Of a stretch of DNA of 64,000 nt, positions 19,278 to 29,600 are shown one piece after another. Source of the DNA: an uncultured Roseivirgaceae bacterium (lineage in GTDB: Bacteria; Bacteroidota; Bacteroidia; Cytophagales; Cyclobacteriaceae); NCBI GenBank assembly GCA_964438975.1, contig CAYTMU010000010.1, forward strand, positions 20,513 through 84,512, in the 5' to 3' direction. The translations under genes and the position numbers were made by a program. A model generated the notes under the pieces. That model saw nothing but the letters and a program-made list of their open reading frames with translations. It had not been told where the DNA came from and did no database searches. Every line of letters starts with the position of its first letter. Position 1 is the first letter of the stretch.

Positions 19278-19637
19278 ATGCGTTTATATGGGTTGATTTT
19301 CTTGATCGGTGCTCTCACAGCTGCTCAGCTGGGTGTAGCGCAATCCTACCCTGAATTGCAGGCCGTCGTGCAGGAGGTTGACCTGTCAAAGTCGGTGCAT
19401 ATTTTCCCCAATCCGGCGACTGAGGATGTTTACGTCGAGCTCGAACGCTTTCCTGCGGCGAATGTAATTGTAACGGTACATACGATTATCGGTAACGAAC
19501 TACCGGTGGAGAAGGAGATCATGGATGAAAATGTCATCCGAGTCCGGGTCAAGGATCTTGCATCCGGGTATTATTTACTGGCGATCAAGGATGAAGAGTC
19601 CAAGTTCCGCGGCACGTACAAGTTTCTCAAGCGTTAA
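19278..19637 (+). CDS. Very small T9SS type-A C-terminal sorting-domain protein: signal peptide + CTD only
   Basis: MRLYGLIFLIGALTAAQLGVAQS, a ~20-aa spacer, then VHIFPNPATEDVYVEL...VRVKDLASGYYLLAIKDEESKFRGTYKFLKR, which follows the PNP...GxY...K(F/L)xK CTD pattern. The ORF-track TTG start at 19245 is less likely. Confidence 0.7.
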   Translation: MRLYGLIFLIGALTAAQLGVAQSYPELQAVVQEVDLSKSVHIFPNPATEDVYVELERFPAANVIVTVHTIIGNELPVEKEIMDENVIRVRVKDLASGYYLLAIKDEESKFRGTYKFLKR

Positions 19638-20661
19638 CCATCAGGCTCCTCAATTTCCCTCCGAAGTTCCTGACTTCCTCTTCTGTCGTATCGAATGCAC
19701 ACATCAACCGCACTTCCATCGTCCGGTCGTTCCATATATAAAAGAAGTTCTCTGCCTGCAAAGGCGCAATGATTCGCTCGGGCAGGATGGCGAAAACGCC
19801 ATTGGCTTGAACGGGTTGGGTTATGGTAACGCCTTCTACGGAGCGCAACTCCTGTTCTAACAGCTTCGCCATTCCGTTTGCATGCAAGGCATTCTTTTTC
19901 CAAAGGTCGTCCGACAACAGGGTGGAGAACTGTGCACTGATGAACCGCATCTTTGAATGGAGTTGCATTCCTTGTTTGCGTATGTACCGGAATTCTTCCG
20001 CCAGTTGGGTATTAAAGAAGATCACGGCTTCGCCGAACATCATCCCGTTCTTAGTACCGCCGAAAGAAAGGACATCGATACCGGCGTTGCGAGTGAAGGA
20101 TACGAAGTCTTCCCCGAGAGCTACGGCGGCGTTGGAGATCCGGGCGCCATCCATATGCACGTAGAGTTTATGTTTCTTCGCCACAGAGGCAATACTTCGT
20201 ATTTCATCAGTGGTATAGACCGTGGCATACTCCGTGCTTTGGGACAAGGAGACCACTTTGGCCTGGGGATGGTGTTGATCACCTGATCGTCGGATGTGTT
20301 CTTCTACGCGGTCGGCGGTGAGTTTCCCGTCTGGTGCAGGTATCGGCACAAGCTTGCAGCCCAGGAATTTCTCCGGGGCAGTCGACTCATCGACATTGAT
20401 ATGCGCGAGTTCCGCACACAGAACCGAATGATGTGATCGGGTCATCGCCTGGAGTCCGAGGACGTTCGCGCCTGTTCCGTTGTAAACGAAGAAGACTTCG
20501 ATGTCGCCGCCGAAGAACCCGCGGAACTTGTCGACGGCATCGCGGGTGTACGGATCGTCCCCATAGGACGTGGCGTGGTCTGAGTTAGCCCTGGCGAGGG
20601 CATCAAAGACAGCGGGATGAACGCCGGCGTAGTTGTCACTTGCGAAAGTCTTGGTGTGCAT
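19627..20661 (-). CDS. ltaE: Low-specificity threonine aldolase / beta-eliminating lyase family
   Basis: An internal ATG at 20661 gives MHTKTFASDNYAGVHPAVFDAL...NGTGANVL...HMDGARISNA. The 57-codon upstream extension in the ORF track carries no conserved sequence. Confidence 0.82.
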   Translation of the reverse strand: MHTKTFASDNYAGVHPAVFDALARANSDHATSYGDDPYTRDAVDKFRGFFGGDIEVFFVYNGTGANVLGLQAMTRSHHSVLCAELAHINVDESTAPEKFLGCKLVPIPAPDGKLTADRVEEHIRRSGDQHHPQAKVVSLSQSTEYATVYTTDEIRSIASVAKKHKLYVHMDGARISNAAVALGEDFVSFTRNAGIDVLSFGGTKNGMMFGEAVIFFNTQLAEEFRYIRKQGMQLHSKMRFISAQFSTLLSDDLWKKNALHANGMAKLLEQELRSVEGVTITQPVQANGVFAILPERIIAPLQAENFFYIWNDRTMEVRLMCAFDTTEEEVRNFGGKLRSLMVNA

Positions 20662-20789
20662 TGTAAAATCGTGTAACCGTCGATCCCGAATTTGCTTGCC
20701 TTCAGGATAAGATGGGCTGAAATTAGCAGTAAGCAAATTAAAATCCCTATTTTGGTTACTAAATGCTTCGATGGTAATTAATTGTCTGC

Positions 20790-21635
20790 ATGGTAAATAT
20801 TCTTGTCCCGACCGACTTTTCCCAGCTTTCAAAATCCGCTTTAAAATATGCCATCAAGATCGCCAACCGATTGGGTGGGAATGTCACGGTACTGCATGTG
20901 ATGACGACAACCCGCGAGATTCGTATCTCCATGCTGGAGAAAATACGGTCACTCGACTATAACGCAGTAGAATCGGCTGAACATGAGCTTGAAGTGATGA
21001 TCAGGACCCTGTCGGAACAATACAAGGTCTTGAATCCGATCCGATATGACGTCGTTCGGGGTGCCTACTTTCCTTCCACCTTGTTGCGCGAGGCGAGGAG
21101 GCTGCGTTCCGGCTTGATTGTGATGGGAACCAGGGGAGCTAGCGGACTGACAAAGGCTATGCTCGGAAGTAATACTAACTCAGTAATCGAAGTCAGCCAC
21201 ATTCCTGTCCTTGCCGTCCCCGAGAAAGCCGATTTCAAAGGATTTCGCAACGTGGTCTATGCGGCAGATCTTCAGAATCTCGAAGAGGAGCTGGATATTC
21301 TCATCCGCTATATCGAAAAATTCGGCTCAACGATCCATTTGATTCACATTGTCCCGCCAGGCGACAGCATCGACCTAATTGAAGAAAGAATTCAGAACGT
21401 ACTAAACGGCTACAAATACAAGAATATTGTTAACCTGGTACTTGTGGATCATAACGTTGGCACCGCCCTGGAGAACTACGTTCAGGTTTCGCGAGCAGAT
21501 GCGTTAGCGATGTTTACCCATGAGATCAGCTTTGTCGAAAAGGTCTTCGACCGCAGCATGACGCGCAAGATGGCATTTCACAGCAAGGTACCGTTGTTAG
21601 CGTTCCGCCAGATCCGATCCGAGAAAGGTTTGTAG
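20790..21635 (+). CDS. Universal stress protein, tandem Usp domains (second copy in the window)
   Basis: MVNILVPTDFS..., GLIVMGTRGASGLTKAMLGSNTNSVIEVSHIPVLAVP, and a second Usp half. Confidence 0.9.
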   Translation: MVNILVPTDFSQLSKSALKYAIKIANRLGGNVTVLHVMTTTREIRISMLEKIRSLDYNAVESAEHELEVMIRTLSEQYKVLNPIRYDVVRGAYFPSTLLREARRLRSGLIVMGTRGASGLTKAMLGSNTNSVIEVSHIPVLAVPEKADFKGFRNVVYAADLQNLEEELDILIRYIEKFGSTIHLIHIVPPGDSIDLIEERIQNVLNGYKYKNIVNLVLVDHNVGTALENYVQVSRADALAMFTHEISFVEKVFDRSMTRKMAFHSKVPLLAFRQIRSEKGL

Positions 21636-21647
21636 CACGTGGATATG

Positions 21648-23081
21648 TCAGAACTCAGCGTTGCCGGGATACCGCGGGAATGGGATCACGTCGCGGATAT
21701 TGGTCATACCAGTAACAAACTGGATCATTCGCTCGAAGCCCAGGCCGAATCCACTGTGCGGTGCCGATCCGAATTTCCGCAATTCCAGGTACCACCATAG
21801 ATCCTTCTCGGGAAGGTTCAATTCCTTGACTCGCTGGAGCAGTCGGTCATATCGTTCCTCGCGCTGCGACCCGCCGATAATCTCGCCGATACCAGGGAAC
21901 AGCACATCCATTGCTCCTACTGTTTTCCCGTCTTCGTTCTGTCGCATATAGAACGACTTGATCGCGGCTGGATAGTTATACAATACGACCGGCTTCCGGA
22001 AGTGTTTTTCGACCAGGTACCGTTCATGTTCCGACTGAAGGTCAACACCCCATTCGTCGATCAGGAACTGGAATTTCTTCTTTTTGTTGGGGGCCGATGA
22101 CCTCAGGATATCGATTGCTTCCGTGTAGGTCAGCCGTTGGAATTCATTTTCAGACACAAACTTCAGACGTTCGATCAGTCCTAGTTCACTCCGTTGTGCC
22201 AGAGGCCGGGATTGCTCCTCTTCCTGCGAACGCTTGTGAAGGAATTCAAGGTCTTCGCCGCAGTTCTCCAAAGCATACCTCACAAGATACTGCAGGAATT
22301 CCTGCGCGAGTGCCATCGTATCTTCGATGTCGTAGAACGCCATCTCCGGTTCAATCATCCAGAACTCGGCGAGGTGCCGTGTCGTGTTCGAGTTCTCTGC
22401 GCGGAATGTCGGTCCGAATGTGTAAATATCACCGAGCGCCAGGGCGTAGGTCTCTCCCTCGAGTTGGCCCGAAACCGTCAGGTTGGTATCACGTCCGAAG
22501 AAATCCTCGCTGAAATCGACGTTACCATGTTCATCCCGGGGCGGGTTGCTCGCATCCAGCGTCGTGACTCGGAACATGGCCCCGGCTCCCTCGGCATCGG
22601 AGGCGGTTATAATAGGTGTGTGGATGTAATAAAATCCCCGGTCATTGAAGAACTTGTGCACGGCGAACGCCATCGCATGGCGCACTCTCATGACTGCGCT
22701 GAATGTGTTTGTTCTTCCTCGCAAGTGAGCGATCTCCCGAAGAAATTCCAGGGAATGCTTCTTTGGTTGTAACGGATATTTTTCCGGATCGCTGTCTCCG
22801 AGTATTTCAATAGCGGTCACTCTGACCTCCACGGGCTGCCCCTTGGCAGGCGAAGACACCAGATTTCCCTTCACCGAAATGCATGCGCCGGTGGCGATCC
22901 GCTTGAGTGTTGCCTCCGGTGTATTGGCGAAGTCGACAACAGCCTGAATGTTCTGAATAGTTGAACCGTCGTTGATGGCAATGAACTGGTTGTTCCTGAA
23001 TGTGCGCACCCAACCCTTCACCGTGACTTCCTGGTTCGCCGGGGTAGTCGACAATAATTGCTTGATCTTCGTTCGTTCCAT
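21648..23081 (-). CDS. asnS: Asparagine--tRNA ligase
   Basis: Class IIb synthetase with an N-terminal OB fold, [23 protein letters not shown], and a C-terminus [34 protein letters not shown]. Confidence 0.95.
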   Translation of the reverse strand: MERTKIKQLLSTTPANQEVTVKGWVRTFRNNQFIAINDGSTIQNIQAVVDFANTPEATLKRIATGACISVKGNLVSSPAKGQPVEVRVTAIEILGDSDPEKYPLQPKKHSLEFLREIAHLRGRTNTFSAVMRVRHAMAFAVHKFFNDRGFYYIHTPIITASDAEGAGAMFRVTTLDASNPPRDEHGNVDFSEDFFGRDTNLTVSGQLEGETYALALGDIYTFGPTFRAENSNTTRHLAEFWMIEPEMAFYDIEDTMALAQEFLQYLVRYALENCGEDLEFLHKRSQEEEQSRPLAQRSELGLIERLKFVSENEFQRLTYTEAIDILRSSAPNKKKKFQFLIDEWGVDLQSEHERYLVEKHFRKPVVLYNYPAAIKSFYMRQNEDGKTVGAMDVLFPGIGEIIGGSQREERYDRLLQRVKELNLPEKDLWWYLELRKFGSAPHSGFGLGFERMIQFVTGMTNIRDVIPFPRYPGNAEF

Positions 23082-23253
23082 ACTTTCTGCGTCAAGGCCG
23101 GTGCCATTAGCCGGTAATCCGCAAAAAACGAAAAAAGTCCCGGATTTTCATAGCCGCAGGCCGGCATGTGATGTGTGTTTGATCGATTTATAGTATTTTA
23201 ACCTTACCCTCAGTACCCCGCGAGGCAAAGGTTTCAGAACCGGCTTGAATTGA

Positions 23254-23261
23254 TAACTTTG
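23254..23261 (+). promoter_or_regulatory. Candidate Bacteroidetes-type -7 box (TAACTTTG) upstream of rpoN
   Basis: Matches TAnnTTTG 33 nt upstream of the rpoN ATG. There is no clean TTG -33 element at the expected spacing. Confidence 0.3.
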
Positions 23262-23294
23262 TAATCGCGTTGAATTAAATTCTTTAAACCGAAG

Positions 23295-24740
23295 ATGCAG
23301 AAACTGGGTCTAAACCAATCTCTACAACAGAAGCTGTCTCCCCAGCAGATACAGTTCATCAAACTGTTGCAGGTTCCTACGGCGGAACTGGAGAGCAGAA
23401 TTGAAGAGGAGTTGGAGAGCAATCCTGCACTTGAAGAAGGGGAGGAGAAAGACACTCCCGAGGACGCACCCGCTGATGACGACCAGGACGCCTCTTCGGC
23501 AGAGGAGGAGATCGACATCAAAGACTACCTTCAGGACGACGACTACAGCGGTTATAAAATGCAGGGCGATGGCGATGGCGAGGAAGATCGCGAAATGCCG
23601 ATTCCTATGTCGACGTCTCTTCACGAGTTGCTGATGAATCAACTGGATTACATCGGCTTGGATGATAAACAGTACCTGATCGGCAAGCAGCTGATCGGCA
23701 GCATTGAAAGCGATGGTTACATCCGTCGTGACCTCGAGGCCATTGCGAATGACCTGGCATTTTCACAGGGTATCGAGGTAGAGGTAGACGAGATCGAAGA
23801 GGTGTTGAAAAGGATACAGACCTTCGATCCCCCGGGGATCGCGGCTCGTGATCTTCAGGAATGCTTGCTGCTGCAGCTGGATCGAATGGATAATGGTCAC
23901 AATATCGATGTGGTTGTCGCCAAGAAGATCATCACCGACTGCTTTGAAGAGTTCACGAAAAAGCATTATCAAAAGATCCAGAAAAAACTTGAGACCGAAG
24001 ACGAGGAGTTCGTCAAGGATGCTATTGAACTAATCGTAAAGCTCAATCCCAAGCCCGGTGGCGGGACGACGACGTCGATGGTGAAAAATCAATACATCAT
24101 CCCCGATTTCATTTTGACAAATAATAACGGCAGGCTGGAGCTGGCGCTCAACAGCCGGAATGCACCGGAGTTGCGCGTGAGTCGTTCATACACTGATATG
24201 TTCAAGGCGTATGACAAAAGCGACAAGCGGGACAAGAAGTTGAAGGAGGCGGTCACATTTGTCAAGCAGAAACTCGACGCTGCCAAGTGGTTTATCGACG
24301 CCATCAAGCAACGGCAACAGACATTGCTCCGAACGATGCGAGCGATTGTCGATTTTCAATACGATTTTTTCCTCGAAGGTGACGAAACGAAACTCAAGCC
24401 GATGATCCTGAAAGATATTGCAACTATGATCGGGATGGATATTTCCACGGTCTCAAGGGTAGCAAGCAGTAAGGCGGTTCAGACTGACTTCGGTATTTAT
24501 CCGCTGAAATATTTTTTCTCCGAAGGTATCTCGACGGATTCGGGTGAGGAGGTGAGTAGTCGGGAGGTTAAGCAGATCATCAAGGATATTATTGAGGGCG
24601 AAGACAAGAATAAACCTTATTCGGATGATAAACTCGAAAAAATTCTCAATGAAAAGGGCTACAACATTGCGCGACGTACTGTTGCCAAGTACCGCGAACA
24701 ACTCAATATTCCGGTAGCCCGTCTGCGCAAGGAGATATAG
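23295..24740 (+). CDS. rpoN: RNA polymerase sigma-54 factor
   Basis: MQKLGLNQSLQQKLSPQQIQFIKLLQ (region I), an acidic region II, and a C-terminal RpoN box ARRTVAKYREQLNIP. Confidence 0.95.
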   Translation: MQKLGLNQSLQQKLSPQQIQFIKLLQVPTAELESRIEEELESNPALEEGEEKDTPEDAPADDDQDASSAEEEIDIKDYLQDDDYSGYKMQGDGDGEEDREMPIPMSTSLHELLMNQLDYIGLDDKQYLIGKQLIGSIESDGYIRRDLEAIANDLAFSQGIEVEVDEIEEVLKRIQTFDPPGIAARDLQECLLLQLDRMDNGHNIDVVVAKKIITDCFEEFTKKHYQKIQKKLETEDEEFVKDAIELIVKLNPKPGGGTTTSMVKNQYIIPDFILTNNNGRLELALNSRNAPELRVSRSYTDMFKAYDKSDKRDKKLKEAVTFVKQKLDAAKWFIDAIKQRQQTLLRTMRAIVDFQYDFFLEGDETKLKPMILKDIATMIGMDISTVSRVASSKAVQTDFGIYPLKYFFSEGISTDSGEEVSSREVKQIIKDIIEGEDKNKPYSDDKLEKILNEKGYNIARRTVAKYREQLNIPVARLRKEI

Positions 24741-24743
24741 TGT

Positions 24744-25373
24744 ATGTGGGCGCGGGTCGTTTCTATTGGTTTTCATCCATTATTCATTCCGACATATTTT
24801 TTTGTATTCCTTGCCCTGACAGTGCCTACGGCGCTTGAGCCGGTGGCAGTGGATGTCCAATACAAAGTGATTGGTTTCGTATTCCTGTTCACCTGTGTGA
24901 TCCCTATTCTGAATCTCGGGATGGTTCGGTCGCTTGGTGGATTTCGAACATTTGAAATGCCTACCCGACGTGAACGCCTGTTACCGTTCGCTATTATATC
25001 GGTGATATATGTGGCTGTAACTGCGATGTTCGCGCTGTATGGTAAGATGACATTGGACGACGGCTTCTTGAAATTTATTGTCATCATTGATATGCTTGTT
25101 GTGGTCGCGACGGTGATGACCTTTTTCTTCAAGGTAAGTGTTCACACGCTGGCAGCCTGGGGTCTCATCGGGATCCTCGTCCCGCTTAACAAGATCACCG
25201 AGATCGATTCTGTGTTTTACGGCACGATAGCAGTTATCGTCATCGCTGGTTTTATCATGTCGGCAAGAATTCTGACGGGCGCCCATAGCTACCGTGAGGT
25301 GATGTGGGGGGCGGTACTGGGGCTGATCACCGGTTTCAGTGGAATGCTGATCCTGTTCCGCGATCTGGCATAA
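24744..25373 (+). CDS. PAP2-like integral membrane protein
   Basis: Six hydrophobic helices. KVSVHTLAAWG and SARILTGAHSYRE resemble PAP2 motifs SxH and SRx5Hx3(D/E). The start is 3 nt after the rpoN stop. Confidence 0.6.
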   Translation: MWARVVSIGFHPLFIPTYFFVFLALTVPTALEPVAVDVQYKVIGFVFLFTCVIPILNLGMVRSLGGFRTFEMPTRRERLLPFAIISVIYVAVTAMFALYGKMTLDDGFLKFIVIIDMLVVVATVMTFFFKVSVHTLAAWGLIGILVPLNKITEIDSVFYGTIAVIVIAGFIMSARILTGAHSYREVMWGAVLGLITGFSGMLILFRDLA

Positions 25374-25399
25374 AAAAACGCCCCGCATATGCGGGACGT
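25372..25399 (-). terminator. Intrinsic terminator of the BON-domain gene; bidirectional hairpin shared with the PAP2-like gene
   Basis: On the minus strand, acgtcccgca-ta-tgcggggcgt forms a 10-bp stem with one G-U pair, followed by TTTTTTT. Confidence 0.72.
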
Positions 25400-25426
25400 C
25401 TCTTCTGCTGATACTGTGCGACGATT

Positions 25427-26455
25427 CTATTTGTTCGTCGACGTTTCCTTGCGGCTTCGATCGGTGGTTATAGCGTTGCTGCTGGTCGATGCTGTCGTGT
25501 GTGCACCCGGTAATGATGAAGAGTGAGTATCCGACGTCGCCGTCACGCGCAAGCGGTTCTCAACGTTCCTGACACCGGAGATAGCTTCGGCCATGTCTTC
25601 CGCGCGCCTCTTCGCGTTGCGGTGGTTGACGGTTCCGGTTAGCGTAACCTCTCCGTTGCTTACGGATACGTCGACGTCCGAAGCGTCGATGAACGGATCA
25701 TCGCTAAGTCTGTCGTTGATGTCTTCCGTAATCCGCTGATCGGAACGCGAGTAGTTCTTCGGACCTTTTCCCCGGAATGATCCCTGCATCTCGCGGTCGC
25801 GGTCCCTTCTGCGTTCTGCATCTTCGTCACCAAACCACGATGATACTTCGTCGCTGGTGCGGTCCCACCAGGAGCGCTCGCCTGAATCGCCGTATCCGTA
25901 ATCACGGGAGCGGGGGTTCCCCCATCCTCCATGACCTTGCCTTTCGAAGTCGCGGCTGCCCGCGCCGCGATAATCAGGGTAACCAAAAGATGAATTCGAA
26001 TAGCCGGACCGCCCGTGACCATAGCGCCCGTGTTCACCGTAGCGATCATAGTTGGCTCCGCCGATGCGATTTTCGCGATTCTCAAAATCACGTCTTCCCA
26101 TTCCCTGGTTACCGCTATCGTACAAGTTCCGTGAACTCCGGGAACGATAGTCTCCTCCGAAGTCTGAATACCCGGATGACTGACTGCGCGGGGAAGACCA
26201 TTCGTCGCTCTGACGCGAGAATCGCCTTTGGTTGTCATAGTCACCTTCCCGGCCAGTATTCATCTGCCGTTCGTAGCGACTTTGCCATCCGCCTTCGCCG
26301 TAGTTCCCACTATCTCTGAAACCTCGGTTCTCCGAGACAGTGTAGTTGGGTTCCTCTTCGTTGTAACTTTGTTGTTGACGACCGTAGTCGTCATTCCAAT
26401 CTCCGTACTGCTGCCGCCAGGAGGACTCCCGGCGAGTGCGATTGTTATCTGCCAT
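25427..26455 (-). CDS. BON-domain protein with a long N-terminal low-complexity (R/G/S/D/Y/N/W-rich) region and no signal peptide
   Basis: The C-terminal part, ITEDINDRLSDDPFIDASDVDVSVSNGEVTLTGTVNHRNAKRRAEDMAEAISGVRNVENRLRV, is a BON domain. The first ~240 aa have almost no aliphatic residues (for example GYSDFGGDYRSRSSRNLYDSGNQGMGRRDFENRENR). Confidence 0.8.
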   Translation of the reverse strand: MADNNRTRRESSWRQQYGDWNDDYGRQQQSYNEEEPNYTVSENRGFRDSGNYGEGGWQSRYERQMNTGREGDYDNQRRFSRQSDEWSSPRSQSSGYSDFGGDYRSRSSRNLYDSGNQGMGRRDFENRENRIGGANYDRYGEHGRYGHGRSGYSNSSFGYPDYRGAGSRDFERQGHGGWGNPRSRDYGYGDSGERSWWDRTSDEVSSWFGDEDAERRRDRDREMQGSFRGKGPKNYSRSDQRITEDINDRLSDDPFIDASDVDVSVSNGEVTLTGTVNHRNAKRRAEDMAEAISGVRNVENRLRVTATSDTHSSSLPGAHTTASTSSNAITTDRSRKETSTNK

Positions 26456-26519
26456 GACTCTTTTTGGTTTTAATTGATGTTGTGACTTTCAATGCATGCT
26501 TTAGAAAGCAGCATGGGAC

Positions 26520-26527
26520 CAAAACTA
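26520..26527 (-). promoter_or_regulatory. Candidate -7 box (TAGTTTTG on the minus strand) upstream of the BON gene
   Basis: Matches TAnnTTTG about 64 nt upstream of the ATG at 26455. No clear -33 TTG. Confidence 0.25.
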
Positions 26528-26557
26528 TGCCCTGAATAGTTGGCAGGCGGAGGGATT

Positions 26558-26585
26558 CCGGATGTGGATAGACGACCACATCCGG
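26558..26585. terminator. Perfect 10-bp hairpin between the CHAT gene stop and the BON gene promoter region
   Basis: ccggatgtgg (26558-26567) / ccacatccgg (26576-26585) with an 8-nt loop. It lies 31 nt downstream of the CHAT stop on the minus strand. The U-tract is weak in that orientation, and GGATTTTGTT follows on the plus strand. Confidence 0.4.
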
Positions 26586-26616
26586 GGATTTTGTTGGTGA
26601 ATGTTTACTGCGATGC

Positions 26617-29600
26617 CTACTCCAGGCCGATCATCATAAAGGCTCCCCAGAATATCGGGTCGGGGTAGTCCACACGCAATTCCTTCTTGGCATCGATGAA
26701 GCTTTCACGCAGATTGTTGGTATTGCTCCATTTGAGATAGAACTTGGACATCAACTTCTGAGTCGCCTCATCATCGACTTTGAACATACTCATGATAAGG
26801 ACCTTGGCACCAGCGGTAAGGAAAGCCCGCTGCAAACCATAGACACCTTCGCCCCATTCGAGATCTCCAAGACCGGTCTCACAGGCGCTTAACACAACAA
26901 AGTCGGTTCCATCGAGATTGAGACTCATCGCTTCCTGCGCGGTCAGAATTCCATTATCGATATTGTAGTTAAAGTCAGTTTTGGCAAGTATGTCGCCGGC
27001 ACCTTTTAACAGCAGCCCGCTGCGCATCAAGGGGTTCTGCGTCAGGTATGCTTCGGCGCCCTCTATCTGTTTTGACAGGGAGATCTCTTCTGCCGGTTTG
27101 TACAACCCGTGAGTAGCGATGTGCAAAACACGCGGGCTATTGAGTTCCTTGATGTGTTCCTCCGCTGCCAGTTTCTCGACGTACTCGTCAGTACTCCAGC
27201 CTTTTTGCGACAAAATTTGCTGGAGTTGTGAAACTTCTTTTTCAGTGCCGGGCAATGGCGTTATATCCCTTCGGTTTGTCGCTGTCGCGGTGAGATAGAA
27301 TGTTGGATTTCCAAAAACGGAAGCGGTATTCTTATTCGCCGCAGGACGCGACTTTACCTTCCGCAAATAGATGTCTTTTGTGTTGCTGACCAGCACAATA
27401 TTGGCATTGTCAATGACGAATCGTCCATCGGGTGACGGGATTGCTTCGAGGTTGATCTGATTGTAAACTCCGTCGGCGGATAGATAGATGGTTGATGTCT
27501 GGCCGACTTCATCGATGATCGGCTTCCAATACACGGAATAGGAGTATTGGTCTGCCACTCGACCGATGATTGAGTTTCGATAATACCGGAAGTACCGTGT
27601 CTCCAGATTGCTGCCATCCTTCATGATGATCGCTTTCGGCTTGTCGAGTTTACTGGTAAGATACAGTGCGGCATAAATGACAGAATCGGTGAAGCTATGA
27701 TTGAAATGCCGGTAGCGCACAATTTCGACCGCGACTTCGTTGGGTTGTAGCGATTTCTTGACGTCCTCGAACACAATTCGTTTTGTGTCGAAATTCTGAC
27801 TGAAGAGTTCTGATTTCTGACTGAGCTCGCGTTCCAGGTGCTCGACCTCTTGTGTGAGCGCACCGGGGTTGATCTCATTCTCCAGCAGTTGCGCCGGACT
27901 CATTGACAGCGCGACCGTCAGCAGTTCTTTTTTCTGTATCCAATCATTGTACTGGTTCTTCAACGGTTCGTCCGTGCTGTTCAGGATACGTTCCCTCATT
28001 TTGATCGAGTTGCTCAGGAGAAGCGCTTTTGTCATCAATTGAGCATTGTAAATTCGCCCGGTCAAATCTTTGAAGTCGTCGAGGTTACTGAATGCAAGGG
28101 TATTGTAGAACTCAAAGTCGCCTTTGATCGTATTCCAGTATTTGGCTTTCTCGCGTTCGCTTAGCGCCGGGAAGAATTTTTTGATATACTCCTCGTAGTT
28201 GGCGAGGGCCTGGTCGATGAACCGTTTGGATTGCTTGTAGTTCTTCCCCATGTAATAGACTTTGCTCAGCTTGCTCAGGACCTTTACATATTCGGGATGG
28301 TTCGCACTGAAGAAACTCTCGTAAAGCTTCTTAGCCTTATTGTAGAACTCCTCGGCCTTTCCATAGTTCTTGAGCTGGTAATACACGTCGCCCGTTAGGG
28401 TGTAAATACTCGCTGCATTGATGTTATTCTTGGTTCCTGTTTTTGTACGCCAGATATTCTCCGCTACTGTAAGCGAGTTGAAGGCGATGTCGTACTTGCC
28501 CTCTGATATGTAGAGCACGGCGACGTTCTTAAGTATCTCCGCATACTGTGGATTATCTTTTCCGAGTTTATCCGCCATAACGTCACGGGCCTCGAGCATG
28601 AGTTTTTCCACCTCCTGGCGATCACCGCCTTTGTGGAACTTGATCAACGCCAGTTGAGAAATGGATTTCGCCACCTCAATGTGTCCGCGGCCGAATTGTT
28701 TTTCCTGACTCGCGACTGCTTTCTTGAGGTTATCCTCCGCTTTCTCGTAATCGCCCAGCGTGTAGTTTATGTCCGCGAGAAGTTTTAACGTAGGGGCAGT
28801 CTTGGTCGAATTCTCGCCATACGTCTTTACCGCAATGTCGTTCGCACGGCGCGCGACACGGTCAGCTTCTGTATAATCGCCTTTTGCCAGGAGGATACGA
28901 CCGCGGTTCACGAGCGGCTCGATCAGTCGCAGGGAATTGGGTCCGTACAGCTTTTGGTATTCGTCGAGCAGCTTGTTGAGCAGCTTTTCCGTCTGCGAGT
29001 ATTGACCGAGTTGGATAAACAAAGTTGAAAGTTCTTGCGCAGCAGAGTATTCATCTATCGGAACCTGCGCCCGCGATATCTCTCTTCGCGTTCGCGACAG
29101 GTTGGATTCGGCCTCGTCAAAAAGACCTTTGATCCCATACATCCGAGCCTGGGTTTCCAACGCGTCGATGTAGGCCGGTGATGACTCAGCATAGTCCCGG
29201 TTCTTTTTCATCGTGATCACCTCGATCGCTTTATCGATATTGACGGTGGCATCGTCATAGTCACCCAGTTGGATCTGGAGCTTGGCAACATTCGTCAGTC
29301 CGATGCCATACAGGATATCCGTTGGATCGAATTTGGCTCTGACGGCGTTTTCCGCCTGATCCAGAGTTGCCGTGGCCAGAGAATAGTTATCAGCCATTTC
29401 GTAGTACTGAGCCATGTGCGTGAGGATATTGAAGAGATCTTTGTGTTGTACGTCGATCTCGTTTGCTACAAATCCGCGGAAGCTCTCTTCGTATATCTTA
29501 CCAGCGTCTTCGATTTTGTTTGTGTAGCTGATATAGAAATTCGCCAGAGCCAGCTTTGCCAGGTGGTATTCGGGAGAGCTCTCTCCGCATAGTTCCTTTT

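Noticed and set aside
25660-26319. Alternative-frame ORFs (25660-26244 on the minus strand, 25777-26319 on the plus strand) inside the BON gene
   Set aside because: They are caused by the repetitive low-complexity coding sequence. Only the annotated frame ends in a recognisable BON domain and is flanked by a terminator.
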